From Nitrospirota bacterium (GTDB lineage Bacteria > Nitrospirota > UBA9217), in assembly GCA_963796285.1 (NCBI GenBank), contig CAWCKW010000001.1:72748-136747 (forward strand): a stretch of 64,000 nt of DNA, in the 5' to 3' direction. The position numbers and the translations under genes were made by a program. A model generated the notes under the pieces. The model had not been told where the DNA came from. It was given only the letters and a program-made list of their open reading frames with translations, and ran no database searches. Shown here one piece after another: positions 31,359 through 41,636 of the stretch (positions within the stretch are counted from its first letter, which is position 1; the number at the start of each line of letters is the position of its first letter).

Positions 31359-33746
31359 ATGAAACAGATCAATAAAGTGGCCGTCCTGGGGGCCGGGGTC
31401 ATGGGCGCGACCATTGCCGCCCACCTCGCGAATGCCGGCATCCAGGTGCTCCTGCTCGATATTGTTCCCAAGGAGCCGAACGAGGCTGAAAAAAAGGCTG
31501 GTCTCACCCTGAACGATCATGCGGTGCGGAACCGTATCGCGGTAACGGGACTGGCAGGGCTCAGGAAGATGAAGCCCGCGGCATTCTTTATTCCAGCCTA
31601 TGCTTCCTATATCGAAGCAGGTAACTTCGACGACGATGTCAAGAGACTCCGGGAGTGCGACTGGGTCATTGAGGTCGTTGTTGAAAAGATGGAGATCAAG
31701 AAGCGGCTGTTTAGCGAAAAGGTCGCGCCGAACTTGAAAGAGGGGGCCATCCTCTCGACCAACACGAGCGGACTTTCCGTCAACGAAATGGCCGAAAGCC
31801 TTCCGGAGGCGGTACGGAAAAATTTCCTGGTCACCCACTTCTTCAACCCGCCGCGCTATATGCGCCTTCTGGAGGTTGTCCCGAACAAATACTCCGATCC
31901 CGAAGTGGTCCGGTTCATGGCCGGATTCATTGAGAAGCGCCTCGGGAAGGGGATCGTCTACGCCAAGGACACCCCGAATTTCATCGCCAACCGGGTCGGC
32001 GTCTATTCCATTTGCAACAGCATGCGTCACATGATAGAGATGGACATGACGGTGGAGGACGTGGATGCCGTTTCCGGGCCTGCCACTGCCCGCCCGAAAA
32101 GCGCCATCTTCCGTACCGCTGATCTGGTGGGACTCGACACCTTGCAGCATGTGGCGGACAACGCCCATGAAACCCTGCTGAAGGACGGGCAGCGGGAGGC
32201 ATTCCGATTACCCGGCTTCATCACCGAGATGGTAAAGAAGGGTCTCCTCGGAAACAAGAGCAAACAGGGGTTCTTCAAGAAGGAGAAGGACGAGAAAGGC
32301 ACCGCATATTTCTACTACGACTATAAGACCGGAGAGTATGCGCCGTCCCTGCGGCCCAAGTTCGCTTCCGTGGAAACGGCCAAGTCGATCGATGATCCGG
32401 GGAAACGACTGCAGGCGGTCTTGTCCGGCGCTGACAAGGGGGCACTGTTCGCCTGGAAGAACCTGCGCGATACCCTGATCTATACCTTCGGCCGGATCCC
32501 CGAGATCGCCGACGACATCGTCAATATCGACAATGCCATGAAGTGGGGATTCAACTGGGACCTTGGTCCCTTCGAGATGCTCGACGCCATCGGCGTCAAG
32601 AACTTCGTCAAGCGGGCGGAGCAGGACGGGGTGGCGGTGCCTGACGGCCTAAAATCGATCGAGCGATTTTACAAGTTCGAGAACAACAAGGACTACTACT
32701 ATGATATCCTTGCCGGGGAATACCGGGAAGTGTCAAGGCCCGCTGCGAACATCAGCCTCTCTCTCCTGACAAAAAGCAACAGGGTGGTAGAGAAGAACAG
32801 CGGCGCTTCCGTGCTCGACCTGGGGGACGGGGTCTTCTGTCTCGAGTTCCACTCCAAGATGAACGCCATCGGCAACGATATCCTCTCCATGGTCCACCAG
32901 GGCATCAAGCGGGCGGAGCAGGACGGCGTAGGTCTCGTCATTGCAAACGAGGGGAAGGTCTTTTGCGCAGGCGCCAACCTGATGCTGATTGCCATGGCCA
33001 TCGCCGAGGGGGCTTATGATGAGCTCTCCCTGACCATCAATAATTTCCAGAAGGCGATGATGGCGATCAAGTACTCGAAGATACCCGTGGTTGCCGCCCC
33101 GCACAACCTCGTCTTGGGAGGCGGGTGCGAGGTCTGTCTCCATGCGGATGCGATGAACCCCCACGCCGAGACCTACATGGGGATGGTGGAGGTCGGGGTC
33201 GGGCTTCTTCCCGCGGGTGGCGGGACCAAGGAGATGGCGATACGCGCTATACAACTTGCCGAGGAATACGAGACCGACGTCGGCCCGTTCATCGTCAAAA
33301 ACTTCTCGAACATTGCCCTGGCCAGGGTGAGCACATCCGCAGCCGAGCTCTGGGGAATGGGTTTCATGCGCCACGGCGACGCCGTCACCATGGATATGGA
33401 CAAACGGATCTTCGATGCCAAGCAGAAAGCGATCGCCCTAGCAGCCAACTACCGTCCTGCAAAGCCGCTCATCGACCTGAAGGCACCGGGGAGGAGCGTT
33501 GCCGCCACCATCAAGTCACAGGTCTGGAATATGAAGATGGGCGGACAGGCGACTGAATTTGAAGAGCTTCTCGCCGGCACGATCGCCGACGTCATCACCG
33601 GCGGGGATGTTCCCGCCGGCACACTGATCACCGAGGAGTATTTGCTTGAACTGGAGCATGAGGCGTTCCTCAAACTGTGCGGCCAGAAAAAAACGCTGGA
33701 GCGGATCCAGCACATGCTGAAGAAGGGGAAAGCGCTGCGGAATTAA
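31359..33746 (+). CDS. 3-hydroxyacyl-CoA dehydrogenase / enoyl-CoA hydratase fusion (FadN-like)
   Basis: VLGAGVMG, STNTSGL, HFFNPPRYMRLLE; crotonase GGGCE and PAGGG. Confidence 0.93.
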   Translation: MKQINKVAVLGAGVMGATIAAHLANAGIQVLLLDIVPKEPNEAEKKAGLTLNDHAVRNRIAVTGLAGLRKMKPAAFFIPAYASYIEAGNFDDDVKRLRECDWVIEVVVEKMEIKKRLFSEKVAPNLKEGAILSTNTSGLSVNEMAESLPEAVRKNFLVTHFFNPPRYMRLLEVVPNKYSDPEVVRFMAGFIEKRLGKGIVYAKDTPNFIANRVGVYSICNSMRHMIEMDMTVEDVDAVSGPATARPKSAIFRTADLVGLDTLQHVADNAHETLLKDGQREAFRLPGFITEMVKKGLLGNKSKQGFFKKEKDEKGTAYFYYDYKTGEYAPSLRPKFASVETAKSIDDPGKRLQAVLSGADKGALFAWKNLRDTLIYTFGRIPEIADDIVNIDNAMKWGFNWDLGPFEMLDAIGVKNFVKRAEQDGVAVPDGLKSIERFYKFENNKDYYYDILAGEYREVSRPAANISLSLLTKSNRVVEKNSGASVLDLGDGVFCLEFHSKMNAIGNDILSMVHQGIKRAEQDGVGLVIANEGKVFCAGANLMLIAMAIAEGAYDELSLTINNFQKAMMAIKYSKIPVVAAPHNLVLGGGCEVCLHADAMNPHAETYMGMVEVGVGLLPAGGGTKEMAIRAIQLAEEYETDVGPFIVKNFSNIALARVSTSAAELWGMGFMRHGDAVTMDMDKRIFDAKQKAIALAANYRPAKPLIDLKAPGRSVAATIKSQVWNMKMGGQATEFEELLAGTIADVITGGDVPAGTLITEEYLLELEHEAFLKLCGQKKTLERIQHMLKKGKALRN

Positions 33747-33780
33747 CTTGAACCGGACAATCCTGAACCAAAAGGCGTCG

Positions 33781-33888
33781 CTCGCAGAGCACGCAGAGCA
33801 CGCGGAGTAGAATCAAAACAATTAAGCCTGGGTTTTTATCCAGAATTTTTTTTAATCTTTTCTCTGCGATCACTGCGCCTCTGCGAGA
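33781..33888. repeat. 9-nt-period inverted-repeat element (empty)
   Basis: CTCGCAGAGCACGCAGAGCACGCGGAG versus CTCTGCGATCACTGCGCCTCTGCGAG. Confidence 0.8.
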
Positions 33889-33923
33889 GATCAACTGACG
33901 TAAATATCCAACGGAGGATACCG

Positions 33924-35096
33924 ATGAGAAACGCATATATCCTTGCCGCTTACCGTACTCCCGGGTGCAAGGCGAAAAAAGGGAAATTAAAGGATGTGCG
34001 GCCCGACGATCTGGCCGCAACTGCGCTGAAGTGGCTGCTGGAGAGAACGGCCATCGACCCTCTGCTGGTTGAGGACATCATCATCGGGTGCGCCTTCCCC
34101 GAGGGAGAGCAGGGGATGAACATGGCGCGGATCGCGGCAATGAGGGCCGGGATCCCGTACCAGGTACCGGCGCAGACTGTCAACCGTTTCTGCTCATCAG
34201 GACTGCAGACGATAGCCTCGGCCGCGGAGCGGATCATGGCGGGTTTTGCCGACTGCATCATCGCAGGCGGCGCGGAGAGCATGAGCATGATCCCGATGGG
34301 TGGAAACAAGTACAGTGTCAACCCTTTTCTGGCTTCTTCCTGGCCGGAATCGTTCACGACCATGGGGATCACCGCCGAGCTGGTGTCGGACAAGTACAAC
34401 GTTTCCCGCGAGGACCAGGATGCCTTTGCCGCGGCAAGTCATAGGAAGGCCGCGGCCGCTATTGAACAGGGTAAGTTCAAGGAGCAGATCATCCCCGTCG
34501 AGGTGGAGCACTGTACTCTGGTCCACGGCAAGATGAAAAGAGAGAAAAAGCTCGTTACCATCGATGATGGTGTGCGGGGGGACACGACTCCGGCTATCCT
34601 GGGAAAACTGAAGCCCGCCTTTAAGACGCACGGTACGGTCACGGCCGGCAATGCATCGCAGATGACCGATGGGGCCGCGGCGGTGCTGGTCGTGTCCGAG
34701 GAGTTCCTGAAAAAGAGCGGCAAGAAACCCATGGCCCGGTTCGTTTCGTTTGCCGTAAAAGGGGTGCCTCCGGAGATAATGGGGATCGGCCCCATCGAGG
34801 CGGTCCCGGCAGCCCTGAAACTCGCCGGGTTGAAGCAGGAGGAGATCGGTCTCATCGAGCTCAACGAGGCTTTCGCCGCACAGTCTCTCGCCTGCATCCG
34901 GACCCTGGGGCTCGATCCGACTCGCGTCAATGTGAGCGGCGGTGCAATAGCCCTGGGACACCCCCTGGGATGCACCGGCGCCAAGCTTACCACGACCCTT
35001 CTCCACGAGATGCAGCGGAGCAACATCCGCTACGGCATGGTCACCATGTGCATCGGCGGCGGCATGGGGGCGGCGGGGATCTTCGAGAAGATGTGA
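33924..35096 (+). CDS. fadA: Acetyl-CoA C-acyltransferase (thiolase)
   Basis: NRFCSSGLQ, NEAFAAQ, GAIALGHPLG, CIGGGMG. Confidence 0.93.
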   Translation: MRNAYILAAYRTPGCKAKKGKLKDVRPDDLAATALKWLLERTAIDPLLVEDIIIGCAFPEGEQGMNMARIAAMRAGIPYQVPAQTVNRFCSSGLQTIASAAERIMAGFADCIIAGGAESMSMIPMGGNKYSVNPFLASSWPESFTTMGITAELVSDKYNVSREDQDAFAAASHRKAAAAIEQGKFKEQIIPVEVEHCTLVHGKMKREKKLVTIDDGVRGDTTPAILGKLKPAFKTHGTVTAGNASQMTDGAAAVLVVSEEFLKKSGKKPMARFVSFAVKGVPPEIMGIGPIEAVPAALKLAGLKQEEIGLIELNEAFAAQSLACIRTLGLDPTRVNVSGGAIALGHPLGCTGAKLTTTLLHEMQRSNIRYGMVTMCIGGGMGAAGIFEKM

Positions 35097-35100
35097 GTTT

Positions 35101-35187
35101 CCCCCCTCACCTCGGTCCTCTCCCCAAGGGGGAGAGGAAGAAAATAATTCCCTCGCCCCAACGGGGAGAGGGCTAGGGTGAGGGGGA
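35101..35187. repeat. Gene-less doublet of DUF559-type hairpin repeats (reversed arm order)
   Basis: CCCCCTCACCTCGGTCCTCTCCCCAAGGGGGAGAGG ... CCCTCGCCCCAACGGGGAGAGGGCTAGGGTGAGGGGG. Confidence 0.8.
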
Positions 35188-35224
35188 TCTGCAGGGGTTA
35201 TTAAAAACGAGCGAGGTGAACACC

Positions 35225-37003
35225 ATGGCTGCGAAACTGTTCAAAGGGGCCGAGTACCTGATCACCGAGGTTACGAAGGACGATGTCTTTACACCGGAGG
35301 AGTTCACCGACGAGCAGAAGCAGATCGGCGAGACCACGGCCCAGTTCGTATTGAACGAGGTCGTACCTCATATGGAGGAGATCGAGAACCACAATTTCGA
35401 TGTGACGGTCCAGCTGATGAAACGGTGCGGCGAACTGGGTCTCCTCATGATCGATGCCCCCGAGGAATACGGCGGCCTTGAGCTCGATAAAGCGACCAGC
35501 ATGCTGGTGGCGGAGAAGATCTCGACGGTCGGTTCTTTTTCCGTGACCTACTCTGCCCATACCGGCATCGGTACGCTGCCGCTCGTCTACTATGGGACCA
35601 AAGAGCAAAAGGAAAAATACCTGAAGAAGATCATCAGCGGCGAGTGGATCGCGGCCTACTGTCTGACCGAGCCTGACTCGGGAAGCGACGCCCTCGGGGC
35701 CAAGGCCACCGCCACCCTCTCGGCTGACGGGAAATACTATCTCCTGAACGGTACGAAGCAGTTCATCACCAACGGGAGCTTCGCCAACCTCTACACGATC
35801 TTTGCCAAGATAGACAAGGAGCACTTCACCGCGTTCCTCGTGGAAAGGAACACCGAAGGTCTGTCGGTAGGGGCTGAAGAAAAAAAGCTCGGGATCAGGG
35901 GCACCTCCACAACGCAGATCGTTCTCGAGAATGCGAAGGTGCCGAAGGAAAATCTGCTCGGCACGATCGGCAAGGGGCATAAGATCGCCTTCAACGTCCT
36001 GAACGTCGGCCGTTTCAAGCTCGGCGCGGGAGTGACCGGGGCGGCCAAGCACGCCCTCGGTGAAGGGATCAAATACGCTGTTATCAGGAAGCAGTTCGGC
36101 GTCCCCATCGCGAGCTTCGGCGCCATCAAAGAGAAGATCGCCGATCAAACGGCCGCGATCTTTGCATCGGAATCGCTGGTCTATCGCCTTGCGGGGATGA
36201 TCGATAACAAGCTGGCCACTATTGCCAAGGACACTCCGGACTACTATGCCGTTTACCAGAAGGGGATCGAGGAGTATGCAATCGAGTGCGCTATCGCCAA
36301 GGTGTTCTGCAGCGAAGTCCTCGCCGCAGTAGTGGACGAGGTGGTGCAGATCTTCGGGGGCTACGGCTTCATCCAGGAATATCCTGCCGAACGCTTCTAC
36401 CGCGATGAACGCATCAACAGGCTCTTCGAGGGAACGAACGAGATCAACCGCCTCCTGATCCCCGGCATGATCCTGACGCGGTCCATGAAAGGGGAGATTC
36501 CGCTGCAGCGCGAGGCGATGAAGGCGATCGAAGCGCTTACGACCCCCTCCTACGACGAGTCAGGTGACAGCGGCCTCTTTACCGCGGAAAAGACGCTCCT
36601 CGCTAATTTGAAAAAGGTCTTCCTGGTGATCGCGGGGAGCGGCGTGCAAAAATTCATGACTACCATCAAGGACGAGCAGGAGGTCCTTCTGGCGGTCGCT
36701 GACATTGCCATCAACATCTTCGCTATCGAGAGTTCTGTCCTGCGCGCTGAAAAGATCATGCCGACGCTGAGCGAAGCCAAAAAGGCGGCTGTCACGGCCG
36801 CGGTGAAGGTCTTTACCTTCAATGCCTCGGAGCAGGCAGCCACCGCGGCGCGCAAGGCGGCCTACTTCATCGAAGAGGGCGACACCCTGACCATGCTTCT
36901 CGGCGGCATCAGGCGATTCACTAAATACGACGCCACCGGTCTCCTCCGGGAGAAGCGTCTGCTTGCGAACGCTGCCATTGAGGCGGAGAAGTATATTTTT
37001 TAG
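35225..37003 (+). CDS. Acyl-CoA dehydrogenase (FadE-like, with C-terminal domain)
   Basis: YCLTEPDSGSD, NGTKQFITN, RKQFG, QIFGGYGF, RLFEGTNEINR. Confidence 0.95.
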   Translation: MAAKLFKGAEYLITEVTKDDVFTPEEFTDEQKQIGETTAQFVLNEVVPHMEEIENHNFDVTVQLMKRCGELGLLMIDAPEEYGGLELDKATSMLVAEKISTVGSFSVTYSAHTGIGTLPLVYYGTKEQKEKYLKKIISGEWIAAYCLTEPDSGSDALGAKATATLSADGKYYLLNGTKQFITNGSFANLYTIFAKIDKEHFTAFLVERNTEGLSVGAEEKKLGIRGTSTTQIVLENAKVPKENLLGTIGKGHKIAFNVLNVGRFKLGAGVTGAAKHALGEGIKYAVIRKQFGVPIASFGAIKEKIADQTAAIFASESLVYRLAGMIDNKLATIAKDTPDYYAVYQKGIEEYAIECAIAKVFCSEVLAAVVDEVVQIFGGYGFIQEYPAERFYRDERINRLFEGTNEINRLLIPGMILTRSMKGEIPLQREAMKAIEALTTPSYDESGDSGLFTAEKTLLANLKKVFLVIAGSGVQKFMTTIKDEQEVLLAVADIAINIFAIESSVLRAEKIMPTLSEAKKAAVTAAVKVFTFNASEQAATAARKAAYFIEEGDTLTMLLGGIRRFTKYDATGLLREKRLLANAAIEAEKYIF

Positions 37004-37035
37004 GTCCATGCGGTTTATGTCTGAAAAGAGCGTTA

Positions 37036-37232
37036 GGCCGCGGATTTACCCCGTTAGAAATAGAAATTTCTACCGGGGTGAGCACGGATAGACACGGATA
37101 AAGACCAACGGCAATATTGCAACGCAGAACAGTTGATAGGTTGGGTAAAACGGGTCACATTGCACAACATCTTTCGACACGATAAGTTGGGCTCCATGAA
37201 GTATCTATTCACCCCAACCTACAGTTTCATTC
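37036..37232. repeat. Composite repeat region: 9-mer arm interrupted by a palindrome, plus a GTAG-type REP remnant
   Basis: GCCGCGGATTT[ACCCCGTTAGAAA-TAGAAA-TTTCTACCGGGGT]GAGCACGGATAGACACGGAT; TAGGTTGGG...CCCAACCTAC. Confidence 0.65.
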
Positions 37233-37259
37233 GCCTCATTAGACAAAAGGAAAATTCGT

Positions 37260-37664
37260 ATGACAGAATCCCGAACCATAAGCATATCCATCAACCGTCG
37301 CCCTGCGGAGGTATATGAGTATCTCGCAGACCCCGCCAACTTCCCGAAATGGAGCGTCTTCATCAAAGAGATTAGAAAGGAAGGAAGCGAATGGATTGCG
37401 ACGACTCCAGAAAGCACAGTCCGGATTCGGTTCACGCCAAGGAATGAGTTCAGGATTCTCGACCACTATGTCACAGTAAGTCCTCAGATTCAAGTGTACG
37501 TGCCTATGCGCGTGTTGGCGAATCCGGAAAATGATAGTGAAGTGATTTTTACTGTATTCCGTTTGCCCGGCATGAGCGAGGAGCAATACAAAGATGATAT
37601 TGAGATGGTGCTCGCTGACCTGACCGGGTTAAAGCGTGTCCTTGAAAACAAAGAGAAGGCCTGA
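37260..37664 (+). CDS. SRPBCC/polyketide-cyclase-family protein
   Basis: VYEYLADPANFPKW, ILDHYV, VPMRV, DLTGLKRVLE. Confidence 0.85.
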   Translation: MTESRTISISINRRPAEVYEYLADPANFPKWSVFIKEIRKEGSEWIATTPESTVRIRFTPRNEFRILDHYVTVSPQIQVYVPMRVLANPENDSEVIFTVFRLPGMSEEQYKDDIEMVLADLTGLKRVLENKEKA

Positions 37665-37805
37665 CAAATCAGTGCAGCGAAAGAGTGCTAGTATCGCCAG
37701 TGTCGATGACTTCCCCACCTCGTCCCCTGATTTTCGCTTGATAATGTGCGGCACATTGGTTATAATCAAAAGTAAGGAGTAACATCCATTGTAAGGAGAG
37801 GCGAC

Positions 37806-38066
37806 ATGACCGTTACCGCGAAGATAACGTCGAAAGGCCAGATCACGCTTCCCAAAAAAGTGCGGGATATCCTGCATCTTCGGGAGGGCGGCGTGGTCGT
37901 TTTCGAGCAGGAGAATGATACGTTTGTGATCAAACCCGCAGAGTCCCTTCTGGACTATAAGGGGTATCTCAGGGGACGGGCCAAACATGCCGATGTCGAC
38001 ATTGTCCGGGAGGCAGCCAGAGCGTATGTCGGGAGAAAGGCGGACAAGCGTGGTGGACGACCGTAA
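37806..38066 (+). CDS. AbrB/MazE-type antitoxin
   Basis: AKITSKGQITLPKKVRDIL; overlaps the PIN gene. Confidence 0.9.
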   Translation: MTVTAKITSKGQITLPKKVRDILHLREGGVVVFEQENDTFVIKPAESLLDYKGYLRGRAKHADVDIVREAARAYVGRKADKRGGRP

Positions 38067-38472
38067 GCGTGCCGTCATCGATACCAATCTGCTCGTCCGC
38101 TTTCTGACCGAGGACGATCCATCCAAGGCAAACGACGTCAAACGCCTTCTGCTGAAAGCGGCGCAGGGAGAGATCAGGTTGCTGATACCCTCTGTCGTGA
38201 TCGCGGAACTCGTCTGGGTCCTCCAAAGCTTTTATAAACTCGAACGCAGTGAGATCGTACCGCTCCTGAACGCAATTCTGCATACGCATGGCGTCGAGGT
38301 CAGTGACAAGACTGTTGTCTCTGATGCCATCGCGATGTATCGCAATGAGGCAATCGATTTCATTGACGCATGGATCGTCGCCTTCGCCAAAGCGGCAGAG
38401 GTTCGGGCCATCTATACCTTTGACAGGAAGCATTTCAAGGGCATTGATGGCATCGAAATGATGCATCCATAA
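38050..38472 (+). CDS. PIN-domain VapC-family toxin
   Basis: VIDTNLLVRFL, VIAELVWVL, DFIDAWI, YTFDRKHF. Confidence 0.9.
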   Translation: MVDDRKRAVIDTNLLVRFLTEDDPSKANDVKRLLLKAAQGEIRLLIPSVVIAELVWVLQSFYKLERSEIVPLLNAILHTHGVEVSDKTVVSDAIAMYRNEAIDFIDAWIVAFAKAAEVRAIYTFDRKHFKGIDGIEMMHP

Positions 38473-38473
38473 T

Positions 38474-38609
38474 CCTAACCCCGATAAGCAGGAACCTAGA
38501 GGTCAAAACCGAAAAGCGTCTCACGTAAGGACGCCATGAAAATATTCAAGTCTGGTTTTAAAAAACAAATAATTTACCCTTTCTTTGCGAGCTTAGCGAC
38601 TTTGCCCGA
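38474..38609. repeat. CCTAACCC..GGAACC repeat plus degenerate 9-mer inverted-repeat element
   Basis: CCTAACCCCGATAAGCAGGAACC; TCACGTAAGGACGCCATG ... CTTTGCGAGCTTAGCGACTTTGC. Confidence 0.55.
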
Positions 38610-38666
38610 CATATTCTTGTCGTTTTGAGTAGAATTTGATTCCTTAGTTACTATTAGGAGCGCTCC

Positions 38667-40658
38667 ATGGAAGCAACGCGGGAAATATACTGGAACGTCG
38701 GGCACGGGGTCGTAGTGCCGATGTACTTCTTCGCCTCTATTGCCATCGCAGTGCTTGTGTACGGCTTCTACCGGCGCTTCGCAACATACCGGCAGGGAAA
38801 GGCGCTGAACAGGCTCGATCGCCTTCCGGAACGGATCTTCGTGCTGCTGAAAAACATGTTTGCCCAGGTGCAGGTGCTTCGGGTGCTTGGCCCCGGCTCT
38901 CTGCATGCCTTCTTTTTCTGGGGCTTCGGCCTTCTCTTCATCGGCACTCTTCTGATCATGGCCCAGGTGGATTTCACGCAGCCGATCTTTGGGTGGATAT
39001 TCCTCAAAGGGACCTTCTATAAGATATTCTCGCTGACTCTCGATGTGGCCGGCTTAGTCGCGCTGATCATGCTCGGGGGGCTTCTCGTGCGCCGCTTCCT
39101 GGTAGAGCCGGAAGGGTTGGAGACCACCCGCGACGATTATGTGGTGCATGCGCTGCTGTTTGTCATCCTGGTGACCGGCTTTGTCGTCGAAGGCGTGCGG
39201 ATAGCGGCTACGGAGCTCAGGACCGATCCCAGTCTGGCGCGATTCTCTCCCGTCGGTATGTTCATCGGGAACCTGTTCATTGATATGACGCCTGATGCCC
39301 TGTCGCTCTTGCACAAGACACTCTGGTGGGGTCACTTTTTCCTGAGCATGGGCTTCATCGTCATCATACCCTTCACCAAGCTGCGCCACATCTTCACCAC
39401 ATCTGCGAACTACCTGTTTACCGATTTGTCAGCCAGGGGTAGCATCGCCACCATCAACATGGAGGACGAAGGCGCCAAACAGTTTGGCGCAGCAAAAGTA
39501 TCTGACCTCACGTGGAAGGACATTTTCGATGCCGACGCCTGCACCACCTGCAAGCGCTGTCAGGACCGCTGCCCGGCTTATGCAACGCACAAGCCCCTGT
39601 CCCCTATGAAGGTCGTGAAGCAGATCGGCGAAGTGGCCTTCACCAAACCCCAAGCAGGCCTGGTCGAAACGGTCAGCGAGGACGTGCTTTGGGCATGCAC
39701 CACCTGCTATGCCTGCCAGCATATCTGCCCGGCAGCGATCGAGCACGTGAATAAGATCATCGAGATGCGCAGGAATCTCTCCCTCATGGAAGGCGTCTTT
39801 CCCGGTGACGAGGTGCGGACAGCGGTCAACGATATCGAGGTGAACGGCAACCCCTTCGGCCTTGCCTTTGCGGCACGGGGGGAATGGGCTGATGGGCTCG
39901 ACGTGAAGATCATGGAGCAGGACAGCAAGGTGGACATCCTCTACTTCGTTGGTTGTTACGCCTCATTTGACAAGCGAAACCGGGACATTGCCCGAAGCTT
40001 CATCAAGATCTGCAACGCCGCGGGCATCCGCGTCGGCATCCTCGGCAAAGAGGAGAAATGCTGCGGCGAACCGCCAAGGAAGCTGGGGAACGAGTACCTC
40101 TACCAGATGATGGCTACCCAGAACATCGAGCGGATCAAGGCCTACGGCGTCAAGAAGATCGTCGCTACCTGTCCCCACTGTTTCAATACCTTGGGGAGAG
40201 ATTACAAGGACCTGGGGCTGGATATCGATGTCGAGCATTACAGCACCTTTATCAACGGGCTGATCATCAACAACAGACTCAACATGAAACCGTCAGCCTT
40301 CGATTTCACCTATCACGACTCCTGCTACCTGGGCCGCTACAAGGATATCCTTGACGAGCCGCGCGCTGTGCTCAAGGCGGCCGGCGGCCGGATCACGGAG
40401 ATGGAGCAGTCCGGGTACGCGAGCTTCTGCTGCGGCGGCGGTGGAGGCAGGATCCTGGCCGAGGAAAAGCTCGGGACGAGGATTAACGCGACGCGGGTGA
40501 CCATGGCCCAGGCAACGAGGGCCCCGCTCCTTGTTTCCAATTGCCCCTTCTGCCTCACGATGCTCGAAGACGGGATAAAGACAAATAACTGCGAGGAAAA
40601 ATTGAAGGCCCTTGACCTGGCCGAGATCATCGCTGCAAGAATTATAACGAAAGAGTAA
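38667..40658 (+). CDS. Membrane-bound Fe-S oxidoreductase (FadF/DUF224, HdrD-like CCG domains), probable ETF:menaquinone oxidoreductase
   Basis: N-terminal TM domain; CTTCKRCQDRCP and CTTCYACQHICP; two CCG motifs; adjacent to etfBA. Confidence 0.88.
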   Translation: MEATREIYWNVGHGVVVPMYFFASIAIAVLVYGFYRRFATYRQGKALNRLDRLPERIFVLLKNMFAQVQVLRVLGPGSLHAFFFWGFGLLFIGTLLIMAQVDFTQPIFGWIFLKGTFYKIFSLTLDVAGLVALIMLGGLLVRRFLVEPEGLETTRDDYVVHALLFVILVTGFVVEGVRIAATELRTDPSLARFSPVGMFIGNLFIDMTPDALSLLHKTLWWGHFFLSMGFIVIIPFTKLRHIFTTSANYLFTDLSARGSIATINMEDEGAKQFGAAKVSDLTWKDIFDADACTTCKRCQDRCPAYATHKPLSPMKVVKQIGEVAFTKPQAGLVETVSEDVLWACTTCYACQHICPAAIEHVNKIIEMRRNLSLMEGVFPGDEVRTAVNDIEVNGNPFGLAFAARGEWADGLDVKIMEQDSKVDILYFVGCYASFDKRNRDIARSFIKICNAAGIRVGILGKEEKCCGEPPRKLGNEYLYQMMATQNIERIKAYGVKKIVATCPHCFNTLGRDYKDLGLDIDVEHYSTFINGLIINNRLNMKPSAFDFTYHDSCYLGRYKDILDEPRAVLKAAGGRITEMEQSGYASFCCGGGGGRILAEEKLGTRINATRVTMAQATRAPLLVSNCPFCLTMLEDGIKTNNCEEKLKALDLAEIIAARIITKE

Positions 40659-40674
40659 CGGCTCAAACAAAAAG

Positions 40675-40813
40675 AATTTTACCGCGAAGGCGCCAAGAGT
40701 GCGAAGGAAGGCAAAAGATCCTTGCTGGTTTAAGACAGTGTATTAACGATTTTCTTCGCGTCCTTTGCGCCTTCGCGGTAAAATTATTTTGGTTCCGGCC
40801 TGACCCGGTTAGG
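40675..40813. repeat. 9-mer inverted-repeat element followed by a GGTTCCGG..GGTTAGG repeat
   Basis: AATTTTACCGCGAAGGCGCCAAGAGTGCGAAG versus CTTCGCGTCCTTTGCGCCTTCGCGGTAAAATT; then TTGGTTCCGGCCTGACCCGGTTAGG. Confidence 0.8.
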
Positions 40814-40821
40814 AGGATGCG

Positions 40822-41598
40822 ATGAAAATACTGGTTTGCATCAAACAGGTGCCCGACATGGCATCCCGGTTCAAGGTCAACGGTGAAGGGGTCTGGTATG
40901 ACGAGACCGATCTGGCCTTCAGGATGAACGAGTATGACGAGTATGCCGTCGAGCAGGCGGTGCAGCTCAAGGAGCAGCTTGGCAATACGCCGGACATCAC
41001 CGTCCTTTCCATCGGCCCTGACCGGGTCGTTGAAATGATCAAGAAGGCCCTGGCCATGGGGTGCGACCGCGGGGTGCACATCCAGGACAATGCCTCCTTT
41101 CGGAAAGATCCCTGGCAGATCGCCTCGGTCATCGCAGGGTTCAGCCGCGACAAGAACTTTGACCTGATCTTCACGGGGATGCAGTCCCAGGACCGGGGCT
41201 CCGGACAGGTCGGGGCCATAGCAGCCGAGGCCCTGGGCATCCCTTGCGTCACTACCGTGGTCGGTTTTGCCTTTGCCGACGGCAGTATCATCGCAAAGCG
41301 GGAACTGGAAGGGGGAGTGAAGGCGGTGGTGAAGCTCAAATTGCCGGCACTGTTCACCTGTCAGCTGGGGCTCAATATCCCCCGCTATCCGACGCTTCCG
41401 AATATCATGAAGGCCAAGAAGAAGGAGATCCTCTCCTTCGCGATCGCCGGCCTCCTTCAAGAGAAGGAACTGACCGCCACCACCAGCGCCTATCCGCCGG
41501 CAAAGAAGGGGAGCGGCGTTGTCCTGGAAGGGGATGTGAACGATATGGTCGGCAAGCTTATCGGCATTCTGAAAGAAAAGACGAAGGTTGTGAAATAG
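40822..41598 (+). CDS. etfB: Electron transfer flavoprotein beta subunit
   Basis: CIKQVPD, NEYDEYAVEQA, ALAMG, PRYPTL. Confidence 0.95.
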   Translation: MKILVCIKQVPDMASRFKVNGEGVWYDETDLAFRMNEYDEYAVEQAVQLKEQLGNTPDITVLSIGPDRVVEMIKKALAMGCDRGVHIQDNASFRKDPWQIASVIAGFSRDKNFDLIFTGMQSQDRGSGQVGAIAAEALGIPCVTTVVGFAFADGSIIAKRELEGGVKAVVKLKLPALFTCQLGLNIPRYPTLPNIMKAKKKEILSFAIAGLLQEKELTATTSAYPPAKKGSGVVLEGDVNDMVGKLIGILKEKTKVVK

Positions 41599-41636
41599 AA
41601 TCGAGAATCCTGTCCTTTTTGAAAGGGCCACAACGA

